From Geosiphon pyriformis uo1 (taxonomy: Eukaryota; Fungi; Glomeromycota): a stretch of DNA of 18,375 bases. Below the pieces are notes generated by a model. That model was not told where the DNA came from. It did no database searches and saw only the letters and a list, made by a program, of their open reading frames with translations. The position numbers were made by a program, and so were the translations under genes. Shown piece after piece: positions 1-9,177 of the stretch; within the stretch, counting starts at the first letter, position 1; each line of letters opens with the position of its first letter. The stretch covers positions 57,699 to 76,073 of the forward strand of contig JAAOMT010000731.1 of the NCBI GenBank assembly GCA_016748015.1, read 5' to 3'.

Positions 1-226
1 CCATGTACTTTTTTTTCTAATTTAAGTAGTTATGCTAGTGTTTATGTAGATGTATAGTATTGTTTTGTCTGGCTTAAGTGGTTGGTCACATGTAGCCAAT
101 ACATGAGTTATGTTTAGTTACAATTACTTAATTTGATTCTGTATGTTAGATAGTAATTGGATTTCATTTGTCAATTATTAATTAAAAAAATACATATAAC
201 CAATTATCTGGCCAATTAAAATAATA

Positions 227-851
227 TTATACAATTATGTTAATTAAAATTTTTTTAACTGTATCTGTAAAAAACAGACAATTTATTCTTAATTCAAAAT
301 TAATAACATAACTCTTTTTAATCTTAACAAAAAAGCAACTTTACTTAAAATTTTAACAAAAAAGCTATAAACAATATCAAATATAAAACTATTTTTATTT
401 AACAAACTTTTATAATCTATTTTAGCTTAAAGTTTCAAATTAAATATTCATATCTACTTTTTATGACCAATAACCAAATCCTAAATAAACTCAATTAATT
501 TAGACATAATAAGCTTAGTATTTTTAAAAAAAGCCTTAGTTTTTATCAACCAATTCTCAAAAACAAATCTTTTGCACAAATTATATACAAATTAATATTA
601 GAAACACATATAATTAATAACTAAAAAACTATAAATAAAGTCAAATTTGCATTAATTAAAAATTACTAAATAATAGAATGTTTATTCAATAGATTCTAAT
701 AAACAAAAAAATTTGAGCTGTAAACAAAACTATAATTTAAAAACTTTACTTTATTACAATACACATACAATATACTTGAATAACTGTAATTGTATAAGTG
801 CTTTTTAACTACTATTGGCAATCTTTTATGTAAAGTCTTTATTAAATACAT
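227..851 (-). pseudogene. 3' end of a degenerate non-LTR (LINE-type) retrotransposon ORF2, including an eroded C-terminal Cys/His zinc finger
   Basis: With the LTR element and one TSD copy removed, the minus-strand frame continues from the right flank: ...VWHPNFYMAVEYINKVTITLYM|YLIKTLHKRLPIVVKKHLYNYSY. After a frameshift it reads SILYVYCNKVKFLNYSFVY, which fits CxxC..E..H..C once TGT>TAT and CAT>TAT changes are reversed. The relic frame ends at TAA 229-227. The ancestral reading is inferred. Confidence 0.7.
848..851 (+). repeat. Left 4-bp target-site duplication (ACAT)
   Basis: ACAT lies immediately before the LTR TG and again immediately after the 3' LTR CA (10846-10849). The 5-bp flanks (TACAT vs ACATA) do not match. 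Confidence 0.9.
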
Positions 852-1070
852 TGTTATCAGACGAAATTAGAGATATTATTTAGCATGAAATTATCTTATA
901 ATTCCTATCATCAATTAGCATATATTATCGTTTTAAATGATCACTTATTATATTAGCAAAAATGTCCGAAATTATCATTTAATTAATAACCCAAATTGTA
1001 CACAACACCAATGTAACCTAATTGCAATGATCAATCATGCAATACCCCGAACTATATAATATTCAAAAAG

Positions 1071-1160
1071 TTTGCCGAAATTTGTAGAAATTTGCCAAAA
1101 TAATTGATAGTTTACCGAAATATCTAATAGTTTGCCGAAATAACTTATAGTTTGCCAAAA
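1071..1160 (+). promoter_or_regulatory. Phased U3 repeat: TTTRCCRAAA x5 at a 20-bp period (candidate enhancer)
   Basis: Copies start at 1071, 1091, 1111, 1131 and 1151. The array recurs at 10085-10174 and lies about 70 bp upstream of a TATA-like box. Function is inferred. Confidence 0.6.
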
Positions 1161-1232
1161 TATATCTTTAATTCAGCAAAATTGTAGAAAATAGCAAAGT
1201 TCGAGTTCATAGAATAGTGTTACGACAAGTTG

Positions 1233-1240
1233 TATAAAAG
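1233..1240 (+). promoter_or_regulatory. Candidate LTR TATA box (TATAAAAG)
   Basis: Consensus TATAWAWR downstream of the repeat array and ~80 bp upstream of AATAAA. It overlaps the inverted repeat AAAAGAAG-AG-CTTCTTTT (1236-1253). Confidence 0.55.
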
Positions 1241-1833
1241 AAGAGCTTCTTTTTTCAAGAAAATGTATCTTACTTTAGATTTATCACTTAGAACCATTTC
1301 TATACACACAAAAAGAAATAAATACCAAATAATTTGAAAAACCAAATTCTTTAATTATTGCCCTTGAAAAATCCCCAAAAACCAACTAACATTTCGAAAT
1401 TGATTAACTACCAATTTCAGTAAACTGTTAGTGACTCCAGGCCTGGATAGAAAACGTTTCTCTTGATAAAATCCTATTTCTTTTACACTTCTTTTATTCT
1501 TCTTTCTTTTCTTATTGCAATCATTAGGGTAGCCTACAGACGAGATTCCTGTAGAAGAGTTAACTTTTACAGCAAAGTAACTACACATTTTTAGTGAGCT
1601 TCTAGACAAGCAATTCCTGGGAAAGAGTTGATGTTTACTACAACATAACTACATAAAGTAACTGGCACGGAATTGGCCATTCCACTCATAAGCCTAGCAA
1701 GTTCAAATTATAGGAGATAATTTGAAGATAAATTCAGTTACTGGAGGTTCAACCACATCCAGAAAACGTGAATTCACAGCAAATAAGTATCAACAACATT
1801 ACAGAAAAGAGACCAAAAACCTCTGGTAACATT

Positions 1834-1851
1834 TGGTGCTTTCCCACGGAA
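1834..1851 (+). other. Primer-binding site, 18-nt tRNA type (TGGTGCTTTCCCACGGAA)
   Basis: Begins 2 nt after the LTR end with TGG, the complement of CCA. Its reverse complement parses as a tRNA 3' end: UU-CCGUG-GGAAAGC-A-CCA, with C at the invariant position 61. The isoacceptor cannot be identified from this window. Confidence 0.85.
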
Positions 1852-1883
1852 ATAACACAGCAAAAAAAAAAACAAAATTCAAA

Positions 1884-3701
1884 GTGGCGACCACACCAGA
1901 CACAACAACTCTAGAGTATTACCAATCAATTTACACCCACTGCAAGCAAAGATTCAACATCCCAGACGGAATTGAAGTTGTCAAGAAATCAGTATACCAA
2001 TACATTGAAAACTGCATCAACAATTATCTTTTTGAAAATTATAATATCTCAAAAGTTAAAAACAACTTTTACAATAATTTAGTACACTATTCACAGTTGA
2101 GAACTAAAGACCTTAATAGTGAAACACTTGCCACTTACTTTTACAAACTTAATTTTAACATTATCAAATACTGTGAAAAAACATATCCAGTGCAGTCTCA
2201 ATACACCATTGATTTTGAATTGAAAACAGAAACAAGCAACAAAGGCAAAAACAAATTAAAGCAATATTCAAGAACCACCTCAAATACTCCAACACTACTG
2301 AAAACAACTGCCAAACATTTACAAACACCTAAACAAGGAACGAGTTCAAAACTTCTACTTACTATCACATCTTTTCTAGCTTCGCTTGCACAAGCACAAA
2401 CACCTAATTCACTCTTGAATCGATTTGCAAGACCAGAAGATTTTACATCACTCAGAAGTTCCACCAAACAACAAGAACCCCTTCAAACTAGTTCCAATCT
2501 CCTTGATTTTCTAGCTGAAAATCAAAGTGAACACTCTGAGACAATAGCAAATGAAGAAAACAACTCTGAAATAACCGAAAAAGAATCAATAGACAGTGAA
2601 AACAAAGAAAACGAAATGACAACATACATCGCAAAAATCCCTGAATTCAATGGAGAAGATATTGAGACCAGTTCCCAAGAATGGCTTGACCAAGTTACTA
2701 AAGCTGGAGATGCAAATGGATGGAACACTGCCAGAATGTTAAGAACAATTCCCTACTTTCTCAAAAAAACAGTAGAAGAATGGTTTGAAAACCTTGCCAC
2801 CCCATTTAATGATTGGAATGCTTTCAAAGCAGCCTTCCTTGAACAGTTCACTGACAATAATACCTCTATCACTCTTCGCAATCATTTTCGAAATACCAAA
2901 CAAGAACTCTCCAAATCTGTTATGACTTATATTGGGAAATTCAACAAACTTCTCAGATGGATTTGCTAACTCGAGACAAATGATTATTATTCCAATGCTC
3001 AAATCTTGGATCAATTTATTGCTGGTCTAAAAGATAAACTAATTAAAAAGGTTCGCCCACATGCGCCAGAAGATTTAAACTCTGCAATACAGCATGCGAA
3101 AAGATACAAAATGGCCATAGAAGAAGCCAATCATACAAAACTTGTAAATTTGGCAATTGGAGAAACCAGCTCAGCAGCTGAGGAAAAAATTGACCAACTC
3201 ACAAAGAAGGTTGAAAACTATTTTACCAACCAGCAACAACAATCCCAAAGATATCAACCACCCCAAAGACGAAATCAAAATAACTTTGCACCACTTTCCA
3301 ATAACCAGCCCCAAAATTGCCATTACTGTGGGATCTCTGGCCACTGGAAAAGAGATTGCAGAAAGCTGCAACGAGACCAACAAAATAGGGGTAATCAACG
3401 TTACTCTCCACCACAGCAATCTTATTATCAACCATTATCACCAGCTTACTATCCACCAAGACCCCAATACCAGAATAACTATTATCAGCGCACCCCACAA
3501 CCAATTCAACAGCAATACCAACAACCACCCACACAACATTATCAAGTTCCTGCTTGAAGACTGATTACACAAAATTAATTCACACCACAAAATCGATACC
3601 AAGTAAACAACAGTAGAATCAGTTCGAACAATCAATTGGTTCCCCAAAATACCACTCAATCAAGACCCAACCATTACCACACTTAACCCAGTTATTTAAA
3701 A
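1884..3701 (+). pseudogene. gag: Gag: N-terminal extension, capsid-like domain (~2616-3150), CCHC knuckle (3318-3359) and Q/P/Y/N-rich tail
   Basis: IPEFNGED...QEWLDQV...NGW...EEWF...FKAAFLEQF...Q...SV..YI..F...DQFIAGL is a retrotransposon capsid signature. CHYCGISGHWKRDC is CX2CX4HX4C. In-frame stops at 2967, 3555, 3576 and 3684. Same frame as the protease. Confidence 0.9.
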
Positions 3702-3911
3702 ATGCCGGAAGAACAGAATTTTCACCATACTGTACTCTCGGAAGGTAGAGCTGTAGCACAACAACAACGAAACCCTTCTCATAACCACACCACTATTCTA
3801 CCAGCCCGAATTACTGAAAACACCAATCTCTTTGACATCTTTCCTTTTGAATTTGAAGCAAATGAATCACCATTCTTGCTTAGCAATGCAGTGGCTAATG
3901 AGCAAAAAGCC

Positions 3912-4260
3912 ATCACTGCAATGTACACAGAAGCTGAAGTAGAAGGAAAGCCAATTTGCTTGATTCTAGACAGTGGATCTGCCGGAAGCATTATTACCTA
4001 CCAGTTAATGCAACAGTTGAAAAGAAATGTCGACCGACCAGCTCAAACAGTAATCATTACTGCCGATGGCATGAAAAAGACACCAGTGGGAGAAATTAAC
4101 AATTTTCCATTCACTCTTGATGGAATTACCATTCCAGTCAAAGTTCTTGTAATGGACGCACCCCAGTATCAAGCTCTCGTCGGAAATAATTGGCTTCAAA
4201 AAGCCAATGCTAATCTGAATTGGGAAACACAAGAGTTAACAATCTCCTACCAAGGACAAC
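3912..4260 (+). pseudogene. pol: Retropepsin aspartic protease domain
   Basis: LILDSGSAGSII (DSG at 3969-3977), flap-like IITADG, and ALVGNNWL. Confidence 0.92.
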
Positions 4261-4479
4261 ATGCCCGGGTACCTGCCATTTGTGGTACATTCAACAAATG
4301 CTCTGAAAAAGTCCCGGCTTTTGAATTTAAACCAAAAAAAGAAAAACCAATAATCAAAACATTCATGGCTCTTGAATCAACGTCCAATTGGGCCGATGAA
4401 ACAGAACAAGAACATTTCATCCCACACACTAAACCCGAAACTTTTGGATGGAATATACCCTACTTAAAACCCGAACCAA

Positions 4480-5200
4480 GAAAACAACGCCCCTATATTC
4501 CCCTTAAATGTAAGGACTGCCACAAGAAACTATCGTCAATGGGAGCCTGCATTTCACCTGAAGAAAAATATGAGAATCACACTTGTTATTACTGCAAGGC
4601 TTGCCACAGAGAGTGATGGGGCCATCTAATAAAAAAGAGCGGAAAATGGAACAACACCCCTTGTTTGACTTGTGGAGATATGCTACCAGAAGAATGCAAT
4701 TGGATTGATGTAGCAATGAGAGGAGGCGTCTGCAATCAGACCTGCCAATATGCCTTATCAATTTCAGAAAAAGTAAAAAGAAGAACATCCTTTAATGCAG
4801 CATACAACAGTGCTCTCAACAAACTTTATCACTACCCTCATGATGCCAAGATGATTTTCGACTTAGCAATAGCATTAATTAATGGAGCTACCAAAGAAGA
4901 TGTTTGTTAGATGAAGGAAGCAGAATACATTGAATACACTATGGAATTAGCTGGATTCAATTACGAAGATGAAGTAGAAGTCTATCACCAAATTGCAAGT
5001 CACACCTACCTGACCCAAGAAGCTCAAATTCAATGATTAGAGCAAATGAACATTAGGCTATGTGAAGAATACATTATGCCTTGCGATGAACAATAGTGTC
5101 CTGAATGCTATGCTCTTAGTATCCCCTTGCCCAGCAAAAATGATGAGAATGAAATTGAATTTGGAGAACCTGAAGAAATGGAAGAAATTGAAACAACACC
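4480..5200 (+). pseudogene. Unassigned Cys-rich polyprotein insert between PR and dUTPase
   Basis: Same frame as gag-PR when read through stops at 4614, 4908, 5034 and 5094. Cys clusters: CKDC...CYYCKAC, CLTC...CNQTC, CEEY...C...CPEC. Confidence 0.7.
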
Positions 5201-5229
5201 CATCTACCTTATCAAAAATCAGTCTGCCT

Positions 5230-5782
5230 TACAACTTAAATACTTCAACAACAATGGANNNNNNNNNNNNNNNNNNNNNNNNNNNNNNNNNNNNNNNNNN
5301 NNNNNNNNNNNNNNNNNNNNNNNNNNNNNNNNNNNNNNNNNNNNNNNNNNNNNNNNNNNNNNNNNNNNNNNNNNNNNNNNNNNNNNNNNNNNNNNNNNNN
5401 NNNNNNNNNNNNNNNNNNNNNNNNNNNNNNNNNNNNNNNNNNNNNNNNNNNNNNNNNNNNNNNNNNNNNNNNNNNNNNNNNNNNNNNNNNNNNNNNNNNN
5501 NNNNNNNNNNNNNNNNNNNNNNNNNNNNNNNNNNNNNNNNNNNNNNNNNNNNNNNNNNNNNNNNNNNNNNNNNNNNNNNNNNNNNNNNNNNNNNNNNNNN
5601 NNNNNNNNNNNNNNNNNNNNNNNNNNNNNNNNNNNNNNNNNNNNNNNNNNNNNNNNNNNNNNNNNNNNNNNNNNNNNNNNNNNNNNNTACTCTTAATCAA
5701 CATTTCGGGTTTGCAACTAGTCAATCAAAGAGAACAATTAGGAAAAAGTGATAGAGGAACCCAAGGTTTTGGTTCAACTGGA
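5230..5782 (+). pseudogene. dut: dUTPase domain of the polyprotein (core hidden in an assembly gap)
   Basis: [15 protein letters not shown]; [10 protein letters not shown] (5753-5782) matches motif 5 (RGxxGFGSTG) of trimeric dUTPases. Motifs 1-4 would lie in the N gap at 5259-5687 and cannot be seen. Confidence 0.8.
5259..5687. other. Assembly gap (429 N)
   Basis: Run of N. The apparent frame change between gag-PR and RT falls inside it and cannot be interpreted. Confidence 0.99.
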
Positions 5783-6289
5783 CAATTCATAGTTCCAGTT
5801 AATATAGCTCTTAACACACAGAATGAATCCCACCAGATTCTCAGACTTCCACAACCAATTACCATCTCACCCTTTGGAGAACATCCGGAAATTTACACTT
5901 GCACAAAGCCAACAACCACACAACAAATTTTTGAGTCCAATGAACAAATCTGCTTGGAACATAATATTTCAATCCCAAACATTTATATTCCAGAAGGAAC
6001 AAAGAAAGTCCGAGTTACTTTTTACAACCCCAATAATTACCCCATAATTTTATTAAATAATTTAGAAATTGGAGTTATTCACAGTAATATATTTCAAAAA
6101 GAATTACCCCAAACAGTCCCCGATTTCTCTGAAATTATTGGACATTCCCTACCGAAAATCAACCCAAACCCCAGCTCTAAAAACTACCATGTTGTCATGA
6201 AAAAACTATCTCGAATCAACATGGGACAACTTGAACTACAACAACAGACTCAGCTCAAAGAACTAATTGCGGAATTTGCTGATATCTTT

Positions 6290-7030
6290 GCTGAAAACAA
6301 CAATGACTTAGAAAGAACTGATTTGGTTCAACACCAAATCTATACAGGAAATGCCAAACCCAAGCGACAACAAGCCTACCGAGTTGCTCCAGAAAGTCAC
6401 CAATTTATCCAAGAAGAAGTACAATGGATGCTTAACAATGGGCTTATTCAACCATCAATGAGCCCATGGGCCTCACCTGTAGTTCTAGTTAAAAAGAAAA
6501 ATGGAAAGATACGATTTTGTGTTGATTACCAACAACTCAACAGTATCACTATTGGGGATGCCTACTCTCTTCCCTGAATTGATGACATGTTGGATGCCCT
6601 TGGAAAGTCCAAATACTTTTCAACATTAGATTTAGAGAGTGAATACTAGCAAGTTGCTATGGATCCCAAAAACCACTCCAAAACAGCATTCACCACTCAA
6701 GGAGGAAATTATGAGTTCAATGTAATGTCTTTTGGATTATGCAATGCACCAGCAACATTCCAAAGACTCATGGATGTTGTTTACAAAGGCCTCCTTTGGA
6801 AATCAGTAGTAGTTTATCTTGATAACACTGATGTTTATTCACCATCTTTTGAGCTACATTTAATTCACCTGCGAGAAGTTTTTCAACGATTACGGAAAGC
6901 AGGATTGAAACTGAACATTGAAAAATGCTACTTCGGAAAAACAAGTTTAGCTTTTCTTAGTCACATTGTTAGCAAAGATAGAATTAAACCAGATCCCGGA
7001 AAAATCAGTACTGTCAAAAACTTCAAGACT
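6290..7030 (+). pseudogene. pol: Reverse transcriptase (Ty3/Gypsy type), inactivated
   Basis: [62 protein letters not shown]. The catalytic YLDD reads YLDN (6815-6826). Stops at 6575 and 6647. Confidence 0.97.
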
Positions 7031-7239
7031 CCACAAAATACAGAATTAAGAGGATTTATTGGATTAGCATCCTATTACCGAAAATTCATCAAAGAATTCT
7101 CAGAAATTGCAAAACCCCTCAACCAGCTCACTACAAAAAATGTCAAATACAAATGGACAAAAGAACACCAAAATGCCTTCGAGATACTCAAAGAAAAACT
7201 CACAACAGTCCCAATTCTCGCCTACCCAAACTTCAGCAA

Positions 7240-7621
7240 CCGATTCCAGTTAGTAACTGATGCTTCTTATACTGTCTTTGGTGCTATCCTATCACAGTTA
7301 GATGACAATAGAAATGAGCAAGTAATTGCTTATGCTAGTAGAACATTAAAGCCAGCCGAAAAGAACTACTCCGCAACAGAATTAGAAACCACAGCAGTAA
7401 TCTGGGCCCTACATCACTTCAACTTTTACCTCAGACCCAAAGAATTTGATATTATTACTAATAATATTGGACTTAAATGGCTTCAAAACAAAAACACCCA
7501 GCTGAATGCAAAACAAACCCGATGGACAGGATTTTTAGCTAATTATCAATACATCGTACACCACAAACCAGGAAAACTCCACACCAACGTTGATTGTCTC
7601 TCAAGGATGAGGCAAGATTAG
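7240..7621 (+). pseudogene. pol: RNase H domain
   Basis: LVTDAS...GAILSQ, VIAYASRTL..AEKNYSATELE..AVIWAL, IITNN (TDH position), HKPGKLHTNVDCLSR. Confidence 0.95.
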
Positions 7622-7675
7622 AAACAAAACCAATACCAATACCCAATTGAATTAACAGTATCAAAACAACAAACA

Positions 7676-9061
7676 ATGAACCCCAAAAACTACAACAATC
7701 TTAAACAATATTTGGAGACATTAACAATTCCAACAGATTGGTCCTCAGACGAAAAACATCAGTTACAACAACAAGCCAAACAATATTTTCTACACAACAA
7801 CATTATCTATCATCAAAATTTCAAAAACCCAACCAAACCACTCAGATTAATACAAGAACAGGAAAAAGAGACTATTTTATACAACATGCACTCGGATCCT
7901 TCATTAACACACTTCGGAAAAGATAACACCACCCAAAGAACACTAGAATACTACTTTTGGCCTCGAATAAGAAAAGACATTCACAAATATGTCGAATCTT
8001 GTGATAGTTGTCAAAGAAGAGGAGGAACTCGTTCTACAGAACCTTTAAATCCAATCAAAGTTAGACAGCCTTTTGACAGAGTTGGTATTGATTTAGTCGG
8101 ACCACTATCTATTACCACTTAAGGAAACCGTTATATTGCAGTAGCTGTAGACTATCTTACTAAATGGCCTGAAGCCAGAGCCATTCAACGAGCAGATGCA
8201 AAATCAGTGGCAAATTTTATCTATGAAAACATCATTTGTAGACATGGATGTCCAATTGAACTTTTATCCGATCAGGGAACACACTTTGTGAACAACCTGA
8301 TACAAAAAATTTGTGAACGATTCAATGTCAAAAGACCTCTGTCTTCGCCCTACCATCCACAAACAAACGGACTTGTGGAATGTTTTAACAGAACATTGTG
8401 TGAGTCATTAGCCAAAGTCTCAACCGATTTTGAGCAAGAATGGGATCTTTTTATTCCATCAGTGTTACTAGCATATAGAACATTAAAACAAGATACCACG
8501 AAACACACACCATTTGATTTAACTTATGGAAGGACGGCAACATTACCAATTAGTTTCACAGTGGAAACATACCCAACACAACTGATCGATAAAAACAATT
8601 TCCAAGAAACGCTTCAGTAAAGAGCCTATACTTTGCTTAATACATTGGAAGGAAAACGACGAATAGCAGCCACCCATATTGAACACTCCCAAGCTCAACA
8701 AAAAGAACAGCATAATGACAAATTGCCTTCAGTCACCAATAAATTCAAAATTGAAAACAAAGTTCTCTTACACAGAACTAAAGCTGAAAAACAATGGAGT
8801 GGAAAATTTGAAAATAAATGGGATGGACCATTCTTTATCCATGAAGTCCTAGACAATGGATCATACCAGCTAAGACTTGATGACAAAATCCTAGCAAAAG
8901 TTGCACATAGAGATCGTTTGAAATACTATCATTCCAGAAACAATCCTGAACCATTAATTCCACAAATTGGTACACATTCTCCTTTGGTCAGTCCCAAAGA
9001 TATTCCCCAAAACTTAGAACCAATAGTTGTCATTGAACAACCTTCCAACCTGAACACTTAA
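7676..9061 (+). pseudogene. pol: Integrase (HHCC, DDE, GPF module; no chromodomain)
   Basis: MH....THFG...YFWP...CDSCQR; GIDLVGPL; VDYLTKWPEA; SDQGTHF; SPYHPQTNGLVE.FNRTL; KWDGPF...HRDRLKYY. Stops at 8120 and 8618; ends at TAA 9059-9061. Confidence 0.96.
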
Positions 9062-9177
9062 TTTAATTTTACTAGTCATTCTCTTATAATTTAGAAACAA
9101 TCTCACAAAAACAAAAACAAAAATAACATAAAAACCCATACACCAAAAATAATTTTTATTTTTTTCAATTGCTTATA

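Larger units (their letters stand above)
852..1831 (+). repeat. 5' LTR (980 bp)
   Basis: Matches 9866-10845 at offset 9014 with 32 substitutions and no indels (manual alignment). Terminal inverted repeat TGTTAYCAGA...TCYGGTAACA. Confidence 0.97.

Noticed and set aside
1071-1160. Regularly spaced repeats resembling a CRISPR array
   Set aside because: The units are 10 bp with 10-bp spacers, inside a eukaryotic LTR, with no cas genes.
1355-1609. 84/77-aa antisense ORF present in both LTRs
   Set aside because: It is duplicated only because it lies in the LTR. The basic run is the reverse of a pyrimidine tract, the upstream frame has stops, and no motif is recognisable.
3157-3564. 135-aa overlapping plus-strand ORF, and minus-strand ORFs across 2198-4788 and 8695-9600
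   Set aside because: These are shadow frames of CAA/CCA-rich gag-pol coding sequence with no domain signatures.
5062-5751. ORFs spanning the N run and an apparent gag/pol frameshift
   Set aside because: Artefacts of an estimated gap length; the frame relationship cannot be determined.
8930-9061. Chromodomain at the integrase C-terminus
   Set aside because: Only a ~40-aa Pro-rich tail follows the GPF module; there is no YLVKW-like motif.
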